A stretch of DNA of 64,000 nucleotides from the NCBI GenBank assembly GCA_043228905.1, contig JBHGNT010000003.1:7626001-7690000 (forward strand), read 5' to 3'. Below are positions 15,744-27,315 of this stretch, piece after piece (the first letter of the stretch is position 1; each line of letters starts with the position of its first letter). Both the position numbers and the translations under genes were made by a program. Under the pieces are notes generated by a model that was given only the letters and a program-made list of their open reading frames with translations, did not search any database and was not told where the DNA came from. Source of the stretch: Azolla caroliniana (Eukaryota; Plantae; Polypodiophyta).

Positions 15744-17900
15744 TATTCACCCTCTTTAAAATATTGAACTCTTGCAATGAAAATTTTGGAAGTTTTAGAA
15801 TACCTTTTATGGACTTATCCATCCATTTAATTTTAAAATCTCGGTTGTTTTGGAGTGCATTGTTTTATTTTAACATCAAGAATTTTCTCTGGGTACATGG
15901 GATTTAGAAGTTAAATCTTTAGAAGTAACTGGAGTTTCAGTTGGAACTGTGTTATATCGCCAGAACCAAGAAGTTCTTTTAGACAACTTACATGAAAAAT
16001 TGGATGGATTTTGACACCATTGGGAAAAGCGAGACGATAGGTTGATGAACCAATGCGTTTGAGGATTGTGAAAGGTCCACAAAACCGTGGGCTAACTTAG
16101 AGCACTTACCCCTAGACAATGTCTTAGAATCATGAGGTACTCACAGAAATACCTGAACTATCCAAGGTTGAATACATGAGATTACTTAAACCCTGCTCTA
16201 TCTTGATCTGTTTTTTATATTATCTCATGCAATATTCAACATATCTTGCAATATCCGCAGAAAGTTTTGTGTACTTCTCAACTCATCATAATGTGCATTG
16301 ACATAAATCAGGGTTCGTGGCTGAAAGCCATACACTAACATAAAATGACTATATCCTATCAATGTATGCTTAGAGTTGTTATAAGCAAACTCCAAAATTA
16401 GAAGATAACAAATTTCCCATTTTGTTGGCTTCATAACAGTGTATGCTCAAAGCATGTCCTCAATAATTTGATTTACCTATTCTGTTTGTACATTGGATTG
16501 AGGATGATCCATGGAGCTCATGTTTAGAGTAGTTTCTAACTTCTTAAAGACGTGTCCAAAAGTCACTAGAAAACGTTGAATCATGATTACTCACAATATC
16601 TATTCGTAACCCATAAAAATGGAATAACCCATCAACGAATTGGTAAACAAATTTAGGAGATGTTATCATGGTTTTAGTTGTAATAAACCAGTAGTCACTT
16701 TAGTTAGTTTATCACCTATAACCCAAATGGCATCATGGCCCCTTTGGGTGTGAGGACGGTTAGCAATAAAATCCATGTATATATTTTTCCATTTATTATT
16801 CGTAATGTTCAAGGGATGTAAAAGTCCAACGGCTTTAAGTCGCTCAACTTTGTTAACCTTACATTGATGACATTTAGTCACATAGTTATGTATTCAAGAT
16901 GTATCTTAGACCCATAGAATTGAGTAGAAATTAGAACGATTGTGTGATGTATTCTAGGAGGCCATGTGGAGGATGCATCATGGCATTCAAAAAGAATTTT
17001 CTTTTTCATCTTAGGCAAATTTGGAACACAAACCTTTACAGTAGAGTAGACCGTTATCATTGTGGACATATCCTGTCGAGGGTGTCGATGTTGTTTGCTC
17101 TAACCTCAACTCTTGCCTAGTATTTTGCAAAAACATTGTCATCAAGATATTACTTTGTTCGAAGGTGATCATTAAGAGCTAATGTTATTTCAATGAAACT
17201 AAGCATGTTAACTTCATGGATGCGATTGAATGCATTAGTAATAGTGTTCATGGAACCTTTCCGATATTGTATGGAAAAATCAAGGTGTTGGATGAGATGT
17301 GTCGATCATGCCTTACGACCCTTACGGTCTTGTTAGTCACAAAAATATTTTACGAACTCGTGGTCTGTAGTTACCACAAAATGATTTCCATAAAGATAAT
17401 GGCGTCATGACTTTAGTGCATGGATAACTACGAATAATTCATTTTCTTGAACGATATGTCGACACTGAGTAGGATCAAGTTTACAATTCTCAAATGTTAT
17501 TGGTTTATCATCTTGATATAAAACAAAAGGTCTTATAGCATAATCACTTGCACCAATTTTAACCCGAAAAGGGTTTGATGGATCTGGTAAAAGAAGTGTC
17601 TAGGAGCCTTGCATGCCTTGTCCTTGAGTTCCTTAAAGGGGGAGGTACTATTGGTTTTGTAGACTTATGTGTTTGACCTTTAGGAAGATCAGCAAACGAC
17701 TTTGTCAATTGGGAGTAATTGCAAATAGATTTTAAAAAAACTCCACCAAAATCAAGGAATAATCAGACTTCTCAAATATTTCGAAGAGTAGGCAATTTTT
17801 TACTTTTACGATGCAAGAAGGATCAATTTTGACTCTTTGTTTGGTTCTGAGATGTCCAAGCTATGTAATTGATTTCTTGAAGAGCTCACATTTTCTTCTA
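15744..17900 (-). mobile_element. Decayed chromovirus-like Ty3/Gypsy pol (RNase H, integrase, chromodomain-like tail)
   Basis: CHQCKVNK...GLLHPL...WKNIYMDFI; LEFAYNNSKH; FHVSCLK; FKIKWMDKS chromodomain-like remnant. PPT-like GAGGGTGAATA abuts the LTR at 15743. Confidence 0.8.
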
Positions 17901-18509
17901 TGGTACTAGTAAAATTAGAAAAACTCTTTTAGGAAAAGCATTCTTTTGATCCTCCTCCCCACCATTAGATCTTACACATTCATACATTTAAATTTTCTAA
18001 AACACATAGATGAATCCATGTCTTTGCTTGAGCAATCCTTGGTACATGTTTACATATAAATCTACATGCATCTTATGTTTGTGAAAGCGGTTAAGTCAAA
18101 ATTCCTTGTTAATTATGATTTGAAAAACGCTTAATCATCGCTTAATCGTAGAAGATCGAAAAGAAAAAAAGGAAGAAAATGGTATGCGATTTTTTTCCGA
18201 AACCACACAAATTTTTGGTGTCATTTCTGTATCATCTCGTTTTTTGGTATAACTTATCCCGCGTAATGTTTTGCAGAATCGTTACAAGGATTAGCAGTTT
18301 TCGGAAATTTCAGATGCTGCAGACCTATAGGCAGTTTCCCCCAATCAGGACATTGAATTACTTGCGGAGGTCTGCACAGCATTTTGTATTTGGATTAATG
18401 CTTCTCATTACTGCATATATATATATATATATATATATATGTGATCTTTAACGCAGGCCATATGGAATGACATCTGCAGAGTTTTTCATTTGCGAGCGGA
18501 GAATCAGAA

Positions 18510-18670
18510 ATGACCACATATATAGAAAAGGGCAGATTTTTAGTTACAAACAGGAACATTATAGAACAATATTCTGAGATGACCACATATATAGAAAAGG
18601 GCAGATTTTTAAATTACAAACAGGAACATTATAGAACAGTATTCTGAGATGGGAATCGGAAATGACCACA
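18510..18670. repeat. Tandem repeat, ~69-bp unit x2 plus a partial copy
   Basis: atgaccaca at 18510, 18579 and 18662. Confidence 0.8.
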
Positions 18671-18874
18671 AAGCAAAAAAAGAAAAAGAAAAAAAGGAGC
18701 AGATTTTTTAGTTAGAAAAAAGAAAAAGTGAGGAAACATTATAAAACAGAAACAGAAACAGAAAACAAAGGAAAAGAAAATGCTCCATGCACAAGAGCAT
18801 GGTATTGTACGAATCTCCTTGAGATCAGACAGACAATATTATCATGATCTTCACAGAAACACACACATAAATGT

Positions 18875-18907
<33 letters not shown>

Positions 18908-18949
18908 CATTTACATATGAAGCTACCATAGCTTCACAGGCAATCAAGC

Positions 18950-19039
18950 ACCTTCATCACCACTATCATCACCATCATCATCATCACCACAATCATCACC
19001 ATTATCATCATCACCATCATCATCACCATCATCATCACC
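18950..19039 (+). repeat. (CAT/CAC)n microsatellite directly 5' of the LTP start codon
   Basis: About 30 CAY triplets ending at ccATGg. An (AT)n tract lies at ~18876-18907. Confidence 0.9.
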
Positions 19040-19446
19040 ATGGCAGCTCCCACATGCACCATCACCATCACTCCAACCCTGTCCATCCTCCTCCTCGTCC
19101 TCCTCGTGATGTGCGGACATTACCCGCCGGCCGCCCTCGTGGCCGCGCAATCTCGGGCCATATCATGCTCCAGCGTGACCCGCGCCATGGCTCCGTGCAC
19201 GCAATTCCTCGCCACGGGTGCCCCTACACCATCGGCCTCCGATGCTTGCTGCGATGGGGTTCAAGCCGTGACGGCCATGGGGAGCACGAGAGAGGACCGG
19301 CAATCCATCTGCAGCTGCCTAGTCAGCGCGGCCACGGCCAATCCCGGGGCGACACCTATACCTTCGGCCGCCACGGCCCTCACCACGGCCTGCGGGGTGC
19401 CATTCCCTTACACCCTCACCCCCAACACACCTGTGGACTGCACTAG
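19040..19446 (+). CDS. Non-specific lipid transfer protein, type 1, exon 1
   Basis: Hydrophobic signal peptide and 8-Cys motif C-X9-C-X16-CC-X19-CXC-X24-C-X15-C. GT donor 5 nt after the last Cys codon (19447), the position known for type-1 LTPs. Confidence 0.9.
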
Positions 19447-20190
19447 GTCTCTACCATATCCCCTCCCTCTCTAGCTCCACATCCTCTTGCATTGCAAGAA
19501 AAAAGACATGAACACATTCTCTGCATTCATTGCAAGGAAAAACAATTCCATGCATTTAAATGCACAAGGTCTCTACCAAATCCTCCCTCATAGCTCCACA
19601 TTCTGTTTGCATTCATTGCAAAGAAAAACTATTTCATGCATTTAAATGGACAAGGTATCTACCAAATCCTCCCTCATAGCTCCACATTCTGTTGCATTAT
19701 TACAAGGAAAAACAATTTCATGTATTTAAATGCACAAGGTCTCCACCATATCCTCCCTCATAGCTCCACATTCTGTTTGCATTCATTGCAAAGAAAAACT
19801 ATTTCATGCATTTAAATGCACAAGGTCTCTACCAAATCCTCCCTCTAACTCCACATTCTCTTGCATTATTGCAAGGAAAATTCATGCATTTAAAAGCACA
19901 ACGTCTTCCAATCCACATTCTCTGCATTGCAAGGAAAATTCATACATTTGAAAGCACAAGGTCTTCCCATTCTCCCTCAAGTTCCACATTCTGTTGCATT
20001 ATTGCAAGGAAAAAATTCATATATTAAAAATGCACTAGGTTCTACCAAACCCTCCCTCTAGCTCAACATTGTGCGCATTGCAAGGAAAAAAAACTCATAC
20101 ATTTAAATGCACAAGATTCTACCAAATCCTCCCTCATAGCTCCACATTCTCTTGTATTGCAAGGAAAAAATTTCATACACTTAAAATGCA
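19439..20190. repeat. Intronic tandem array, ~85-bp unit x8-9
   Basis: tgcac(t/a)aggtctctacc-like unit starts at 19439, 19561, 19647, 19731, 19817, ~19895, ~19953, 20031 and 20108. Confidence 0.9.
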
Positions 20191-20311
20191 TCAGCAGTTG
20201 CTTCATGATCACTCACTAGGACTTAAATCTTTTTAATGAACTTCAAGAAGGCTAGAGAGCTTTCCAATCCATATCTCTTTTAGTTTACAAGACCAAGAGT
20301 AAGTAAGGAAG

Positions 20312-20680
20312 GGGTTAATGAAGGCTAAAGTAAAGGCATAACACCCAAACATTATACATAGCTAATATCTAACTATTACCTAATCATGGGTTAATGGAAG
20401 CTAAAGTAAAGGCATAACACCTAAACATTATACATAGCTAATATCTAACTATTACCTAATCATGGGTTAATGGAGGCTAAAGTAAAGGCATAACACCTAA
20501 ACATCATATATAGCTAACATCTAACTATTACCTAATCATGGGTTAATGAAGGCTAAAGTAAGGTATAATGCCTAAACATTATATACATATATAGCTAATA
20601 TCTAACTATTACCTAATCATGGGTTAATGAAGGCTAAAGTGTGGCATAACACCTAAACATCTAACTATTACCTAATCATC
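20312..20680. repeat. Intronic tandem array, ~76-bp unit x5
   Basis: gggttaatg.aggctaaagt...ctaactattacctaatcat at 20312, 20388, 20464, 20540 and 20621. Confidence 0.9.
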
Positions 20681-20729
20681 AAGTGTCCATCTAAAGTTTA
20701 CTAACTAAATGTTCCCATCACATTTGCAG

Positions 20730-20739
20730 GATTGAATGA
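20730..20739 (+). CDS. nsLTP micro-exon 2 (protein ends ...DCTRIE*)
   Basis: Branch-like TACTAAC at 20699-20705, acceptor catttgcAG at 20728-20729, then G ATT GAA TGA. Confidence 0.75.
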
Positions 20740-21840
20740 GGCCATTGGCTACATTAATAATCATTTCCAGAAAATGGCACGAGTCGTCCCACTTGAACCA
20801 CCCTTTCAAAAAGACCGTTAGTTCGTTCGTATTGAGTAATAATATATAAGAACTAAGCTTGTTTTATCCAACGTTGCCTTCATACATATACATATTCATG
20901 CTCCTTATGGTAACTAAATAATTCTCTCTTGTCAAGGTTTGCAAACTTGGTGGATAATGGAACTTCCCTCCCCTTTAGTATTATTAATATTGAGTTACAT
21001 ATATGGGTGTATTCAAACCTTTTACAAGTTTTTAATATATTGGGAACTTTTTAACATGGAGTTGGTCAAAGCTTCAAAACTAGAAAAGAAATCTACATGT
21101 GAATTCAAAGTTAATCTCAGATCGGCTTTATGAGTTGTACATTTTGGTTTAATTTTCTCGTTAGAAACGGAATCTAAGTGTTGAAACTCCTGAATTCCAA
21201 TTCAATTGCGCGCTTAGTGTGTGAATGAGGGACTTGCATTCGGAAACTCTTGTTCGTAGCTGCCATTATTACGGAAATGTTCGTGAAATTATTTACCCAA
21301 ATTGCTCATTTAAATGTAGTCCAACCATGAATTTACTATCATAATTATCATTAACATTAGGTCTCGTAGACCTCGACAATGTTCCAAGAATCAAATTTCC
21401 ACTATTTTGAGCTCTAGATTCGTGGGTCACACTTGAATGTTGGTCATCTAAAGAGAATTACAACATGTTGAACCATGCTATGAAAAGGAGAACATAAAAA
21501 ATCAAATCACACTTTTCTTTCATTTCTTTTGACGACATGTGCATGCCGAATAGAGAAATGAGTTTTACAACATATATGTGTGAACATGTGAATGAGCACT
21601 TGTACACACACATACAGACAAAAAATAAAAATAAAAATCAATATTTAATTTCTAAAATAAGTGCCTCTTTCTACTACGTACAATCATGTTTTCATTGGGT
21701 ATGCCAATGTTTCTCTATTGAAGCACACGAATGACTTTCCCATTAGTACCTTCAATATTGGCGCATTGTTGACGAAAATACGAGAATGATCCTCCCTTTT
21801 GTGACCCGTCAACTAATCAACCGTCATGGAATATCTTGAT

Positions 21841-22090
21841 TGCACCTACATTTAAAGAGTTAGATCTTATCTCTTATTGATTCTCCCTCCTTACTTAAAT
21901 AATCATATGAAATATTAAATGATACAACCGTTTAGAGCATAGGGATTCCTACTTACTAATCAATATTGCACCTACATTTAAAGAGTTAGATATTATCTCT
22001 TATTGATTCTCCCTCCTTACTTAAATAATCATATGAAATATTAAATGATACAACCGTTTAGAGCATAGGGATTCCTACTTACTAATCAAT
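21841..22090. repeat. Tandem duplication, ~126-bp unit x2
   Basis: tgcacctacatttaaagagttagat at 21841 and 21967. Confidence 0.9.
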
Positions 22091-23149
22091 TCAAGGTTCG
22101 TGATTTTTCTTAATTCAAATCTTATTCACAACACAACATATGATTTCTACTAAACTATGACGACACAACCAATACTTAAAGAAATGATCTATTCACATCT
22201 CATAAGGACATTCAGAGAATACTTCAAGTGATGGGCACTTAGTAACCTTTCTCTTTCTCTTTATGATATTGTGCACTTTGCAAATATATCTTAAGTTACT
22301 CCTTGATTGTGAGCAACAAATAGCATTCATAATGCCCTCACACTTTCTTGCTAAGTTTTGTAATTGTATTAGTTTCTTTCTCTCTTACAACATGAATGAT
22401 ATATTTCTACAAAGGCACTTAATGTTTCAAACAATCAAAATGTTTGATATCTAGGTTTCTCATTGGTTGACAAATAATGGAATAAATAATAGGAAAATGG
22501 GGAGAAAATGATTAAAGCGTGAGAATAAGAGTTTATGTTCACCACCAACCAAATAACATATGTAACATAGTGTTTTCTTTTCCAAATCCAATGATCCGGG
22601 CGAATATTTTTTGAAATAATGAGTTGTTCTTAGAGTCAACTTGGGAACCACAATCTAACAAGAACCAAGACCATTGTGTTGTCAAATGCTAACAAGAATT
22701 GTATGATAATTCCAACAACTACATGTACTTTACTTATTTCCATCATCTTTCAAGTACATAAACCTCTCAATATTTTTGGAGTCCCTCCAACATTTGATTT
22801 TCATTTTAGATATGACTATCATTTTAGGTCCCCAAATATAATACTTAATTAATTGCAATGCCTGGCAACATGTAAGTTAGCTACATGTACGAGTGATAAC
22901 TCCTCATGGGAAGGCATAAGTATGCCATCTTCATGATTGGATGAACAAGACAACCAACTCCAAATTACGTTATTGTTGCATTTGAAGCAAACACACGATA
23001 AAGTCCATAGATATAGTTCTCCTTTCCTCTTTACAAACCCTTCTTGCATAGAAATATTAGGATGCATGTTTGGTGTAATGGAAGAACTTGAGATGGAAAA
23101 GTCCTCATTTTCGCTAGTCATTAATCACTAGAGTTAAATACACAAAATG

Positions 23150-24280
23150 GAATTTGGTGAAAATGGCGAGAGGGTTGTTGTGGAATTATTTTGAAGCAGA
23201 TTTAGTTATTGTAACTTTTAGAACGATGAATGAAGACGGGGACGGAGGCAAATACAATTTTTCATGATGGTCTGAGGAATGTGTATATACATGAAAGTAC
23301 TGAAAATGGAGAGGATTTTCATAGAAAATGGCGAGATGCTTTGATGTGGAAGTTTTTTTGAAGCAAACTTATTTATTTTCAGTTTTTAGAATGATGAGTG
23401 AAGATGGTGGCAGAGGCAAAAACAAGGTTTCATGAGGTTTTGAGGAGAGTGGATTCATTCTGGTCTTCTTTTTGTAGGTACAAAACTCGGGTGATGAATG
23501 GCAAGATGGTTGTAGTGGAAAATGAAGTTGATTTATTTTGAAAGGATGAGTGAAGATGGTGGTGGAGGCGGAGGCAAGGTTTCATGAGGGTTTGAGGAGA
23601 GGGGATTCATTCTGGTTTTTGTAGTTACAAGACTCGGGCAATGAATGGCAAGATGGTTGTAGTGGAAAATGAAGCTGATTTAATTTTAGAAGGATGAGTG
23701 AAGATGGTGGTGGAGGTAGAAGCAAGGTTTCATGAGTGTTTCAGGAGAGTGGATTCATTCTGATTTTTGTAGGTACAAGACTCGAGTGATGAATGGTAAG
23801 AGGATCTTGATGCAAAATGGAGAGATAGTTGATGTGGAAGTTTTTGAAGCAGTCTTATCTACTTTCAATTTTCAGAATGATGAGTGAAGATGGTGGTGGA
23901 GGTAGAAGCAAGGTTTTATGAGGATGAGGAGAGTGGATTAATTCTGCTTTGTGTATGTACAGGAAATTGTTGAAAATAGAGAGATACAGGACTCGGGCAA
24001 TGACTGGCAAGATGGATGTTGTGGAAAAGGAAGCTGATTTATTTTTTAAAGGATGAGTGAGGATATTTTTGAGGGTTGAAGCAAAATGTCATGAGTGGAT
24101 GAGGACAACTAATTTTTTCTTTGTTGTCTATACAAGAATTTCATGGAAAATGGAGAGATGGCTAATGTGGAAATATTTTGAAGCACATTTATTTGTTTTT
24201 AGTTTATCGAACGATGAGCGAAGATGGTGCTGGAGGTAGAAGCAAATTTGCATCAGGGTCTAAGGAGATTGGATTGAACT
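23150..24280. repeat. Degenerate purine-rich tandem array with 120-180-bp periods
   Basis: About 7 recurrences of gatgagtgaagatggtggtggagg.agaagcaaggtttcatgag. Confidence 0.75.
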
Positions 24281-27200
24281 AAGTACCACCTTCCGTGGGT
24301 TACATGATCATGTCTCTATTGAGTAAAAAATATATTTCATATGATAGTTTGATATGTTATGACATTAAAATTTGCACCAACAAGATCAATATTTGATTAT
24401 GAATGATCTTGCATACTTTAAATTTCATTACATCACTCAACCCAACTCTATTAATGAACAATTAAAGGTTCTTTAATTGGTATCAAGAAACAAGTTGTGT
24501 TAGTTGCTAGTCAACTTTTCTTTCATCAAGTTTGTGAATGTCATGACGACATACATTTTGGCCTTACAAGGATTTGAGCCCAAGACGTCTTGGTCTATAT
24601 GTTAGACCTTTAACCATTATACTAACACATATGATGTATAGTTATAATAAATGTATTATTAGTTATTACAAGACATTTAGAGTATTCTAGAACATTCTAG
24701 AGTATTCCAGAACAATCTAGAGTATTCTAGAACATTCTAAGATATTCCATGATTATATTAAATATCATAAATATCTAAAATATTCTAGAACATTCTAGAA
24801 TACTCCATAAGGACCTATAAATAGGTGTCTATTCATTCATAACAACTCATTCGGTTCAACACCAGTCATTGACGCATGAATATAGTGTTCTCATTTCACC
24901 TCATCTTGTTTCATTGATCTTCATTTCTATCTTCATACACTTGTGTCTTTCCTAGCTTCTTGGTGTGTTCGTGATAATGTATAGTGGAAAGGAGTGGAAA
25001 GGAACACTTTTGAGTAATTCTTTAGAAAGAGATACTTGTCTATTGAACAATCATTCAAGCACATGGGATGATGAGTGTTTTCAATTCTATACCATTTCAA
25101 TACATTGGACATTCTCAATAGCTAGAAATGCATATTTGGATATAACTTATAAGTGGCTTTTATTGCATATTTCATGCATTAACATTACTTGATGCACGGT
25201 TTGGTTGGAGAAGACCTGTCTACACCGTTATTTTCATAGAATCCAAAGAGTTATTGGGCTAACCAATTCCAACATAACTTGAGCTTTGTTCTTAATAAGA
25301 GTTGAGTGGATATTGTCGATGGTGGAAAAAAAAATTCTTGTGCTTTTGTCACCAAAGTCATTCCCTCTTGATGTTTGTACCTGTCAACTAGGGCATGCCA
25401 TGATAACCAACATACATTTCCCCACTTGATTGTGCCTTGCACATGGCATAATTGCAATAGGTGATTGGTCTCTTCCAATACTCACACATTCCCACTACCC
25501 ATAACACCATCTCATTGACATGCAACAGATCATATTTGCAATAATGGTTGAACAATTAATGAATTAAGGAAATCATCGCCATATACATATAATATCCATA
25601 TGGTCATCACGTAATCCATGTTCTACCTGGATCGTGGTTAGAGTTGGAGTACTAGGTCTGCTTATTGGAATAACATCAAGAAAACTCAATAATTTTTATC
25701 ATGAAACCATGCCATAATTTTTTATAAGTACGCATGTGTGATACCTTGGAAAGTATCCTTTGAAATAAGCTTAATTATAGAGTTTCTTTGAACAAATAGT
25801 CATTATAACCTAAGTATTTGATTTACTTAAAAAGTACGAGTATTTTGGTCATTTTTAAAAGAATTTAGGAATACTAATTGAGTAATTGAGAAGAGCACAA
25901 GGATTTTCGAGTTTTTCATATGAACTCCCAAAGATTTTTGTGTTGCTTTACAAATTAAGGGTTGCCAACTATTTTGGTGAGATAATCCTTATTTAGGCTA
26001 GGTTTAGACTCAAGGGCCAAACATTGCCTTCAACATGTGTGGTGACACATCCTCACTGTTAGGTGTCCGCAATAGCTCAACTCAAGCCTAAACCACGCCA
26101 TTAAACCATTCTTAAATGGTTTCCTAGTTCGGTTCGGTGGAGGCTTGAGGTTCCCAAACTGGTTTGAGCTTTGTTTGGCAAGGCTTAAGCCGAATGAATT
26201 GTTTTGGGCCAAATCAGTTCCCAAACTGGTTAAGGCTTAATCAGTTTAGCCAAATCGATCACTAAACCGGACTAGGCAAGGAACCATTTGACTCAAGTTT
26301 GAAAACTTCCAAACCAGTTAAGGCTTAATCGGTGTTGAGAATCGAACTCAACTTCCCATAGAGATAGTGTTCACACTAGCCAGTGGACATCATACTAGGC
26401 TAGTTTTGTAATAGTAGAAAGGGAACTTGCCCTAGACTAGTTGGTATTTAAACCAACTCTTTGTAACTTAGTTATTGTTGGATGTATTCTTTTTTTTTCA
26501 CCAATATGACTTCTTGTTCAAAGCTCTCTGCCCCCCCCCCCCCTCTCGTTGTGCTACGACTGCACACACACAGTTCACCTCCGCTGCACAACATCACCTA
26601 CGCCTCTCATTCTTTACATGGTATCAGAGCGTGTGGTTTTTAAATTGAGCTTTTTCAACTGTGCTAAGCTACACACCGATGATCAACAGGACTGGTTTAA
26701 GCAATAGAGAAGAAATCGACATCATGAACACTCAGATGGGAAGCACTCTTCCTACAGAGAAACTTGATAGAACAAACTTCGCATCTTGGGAGTACAAGAT
26801 GCATCAATACCTTGTTGGACAAGGCCATTGGAGTTATATTGAGGGAGATCATGAAACACAACCCAACCCAACCCAACATATGCCGACTACCCAGCATGGG
26901 AACAAGCCGCAAGCCATGTGTTTTATTACCTTGCATCATGTGTTCATGATCACATGCTTGGCTATATTCGAGAATTGAAAACGTCGAAAGAAGCTTGGGG
27001 CAATCTCAAGAAGTTTTTCGCAGCCAACACGACTGCACGTAAGCTCCAACTCCAATAGGAGTTAAACAAATTGCAATAGAGGGACATATCGATCACCAAC
27101 TATATCTTGAAGATCAAGGAGTTCTGCGATGCCCTCAGATCAATCAACGTCATCATCGATGATGATGAAATGGTGAAAATATGCCTCAGCGGTTTAACAC

Positions 27201-27315
27201 CTCGATTTGGCACGATGAGATCGATCATTCTAGTAAGGGAGAACCCTCCTTCCTTTTTCAACCTTCAATCTATACTACCGGTGGAGGAAAATCATGTCTG
27301 AAAAAGGAGCAACGC

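Noticed and set aside
24560-24960. Possible solo LTR or reverse tRNA-like box with TTCTAGAA repeats resembling heat-shock elements
   Set aside because: No clear termini or TSD, and such repeats are common in LTR relics; function cannot be supported.
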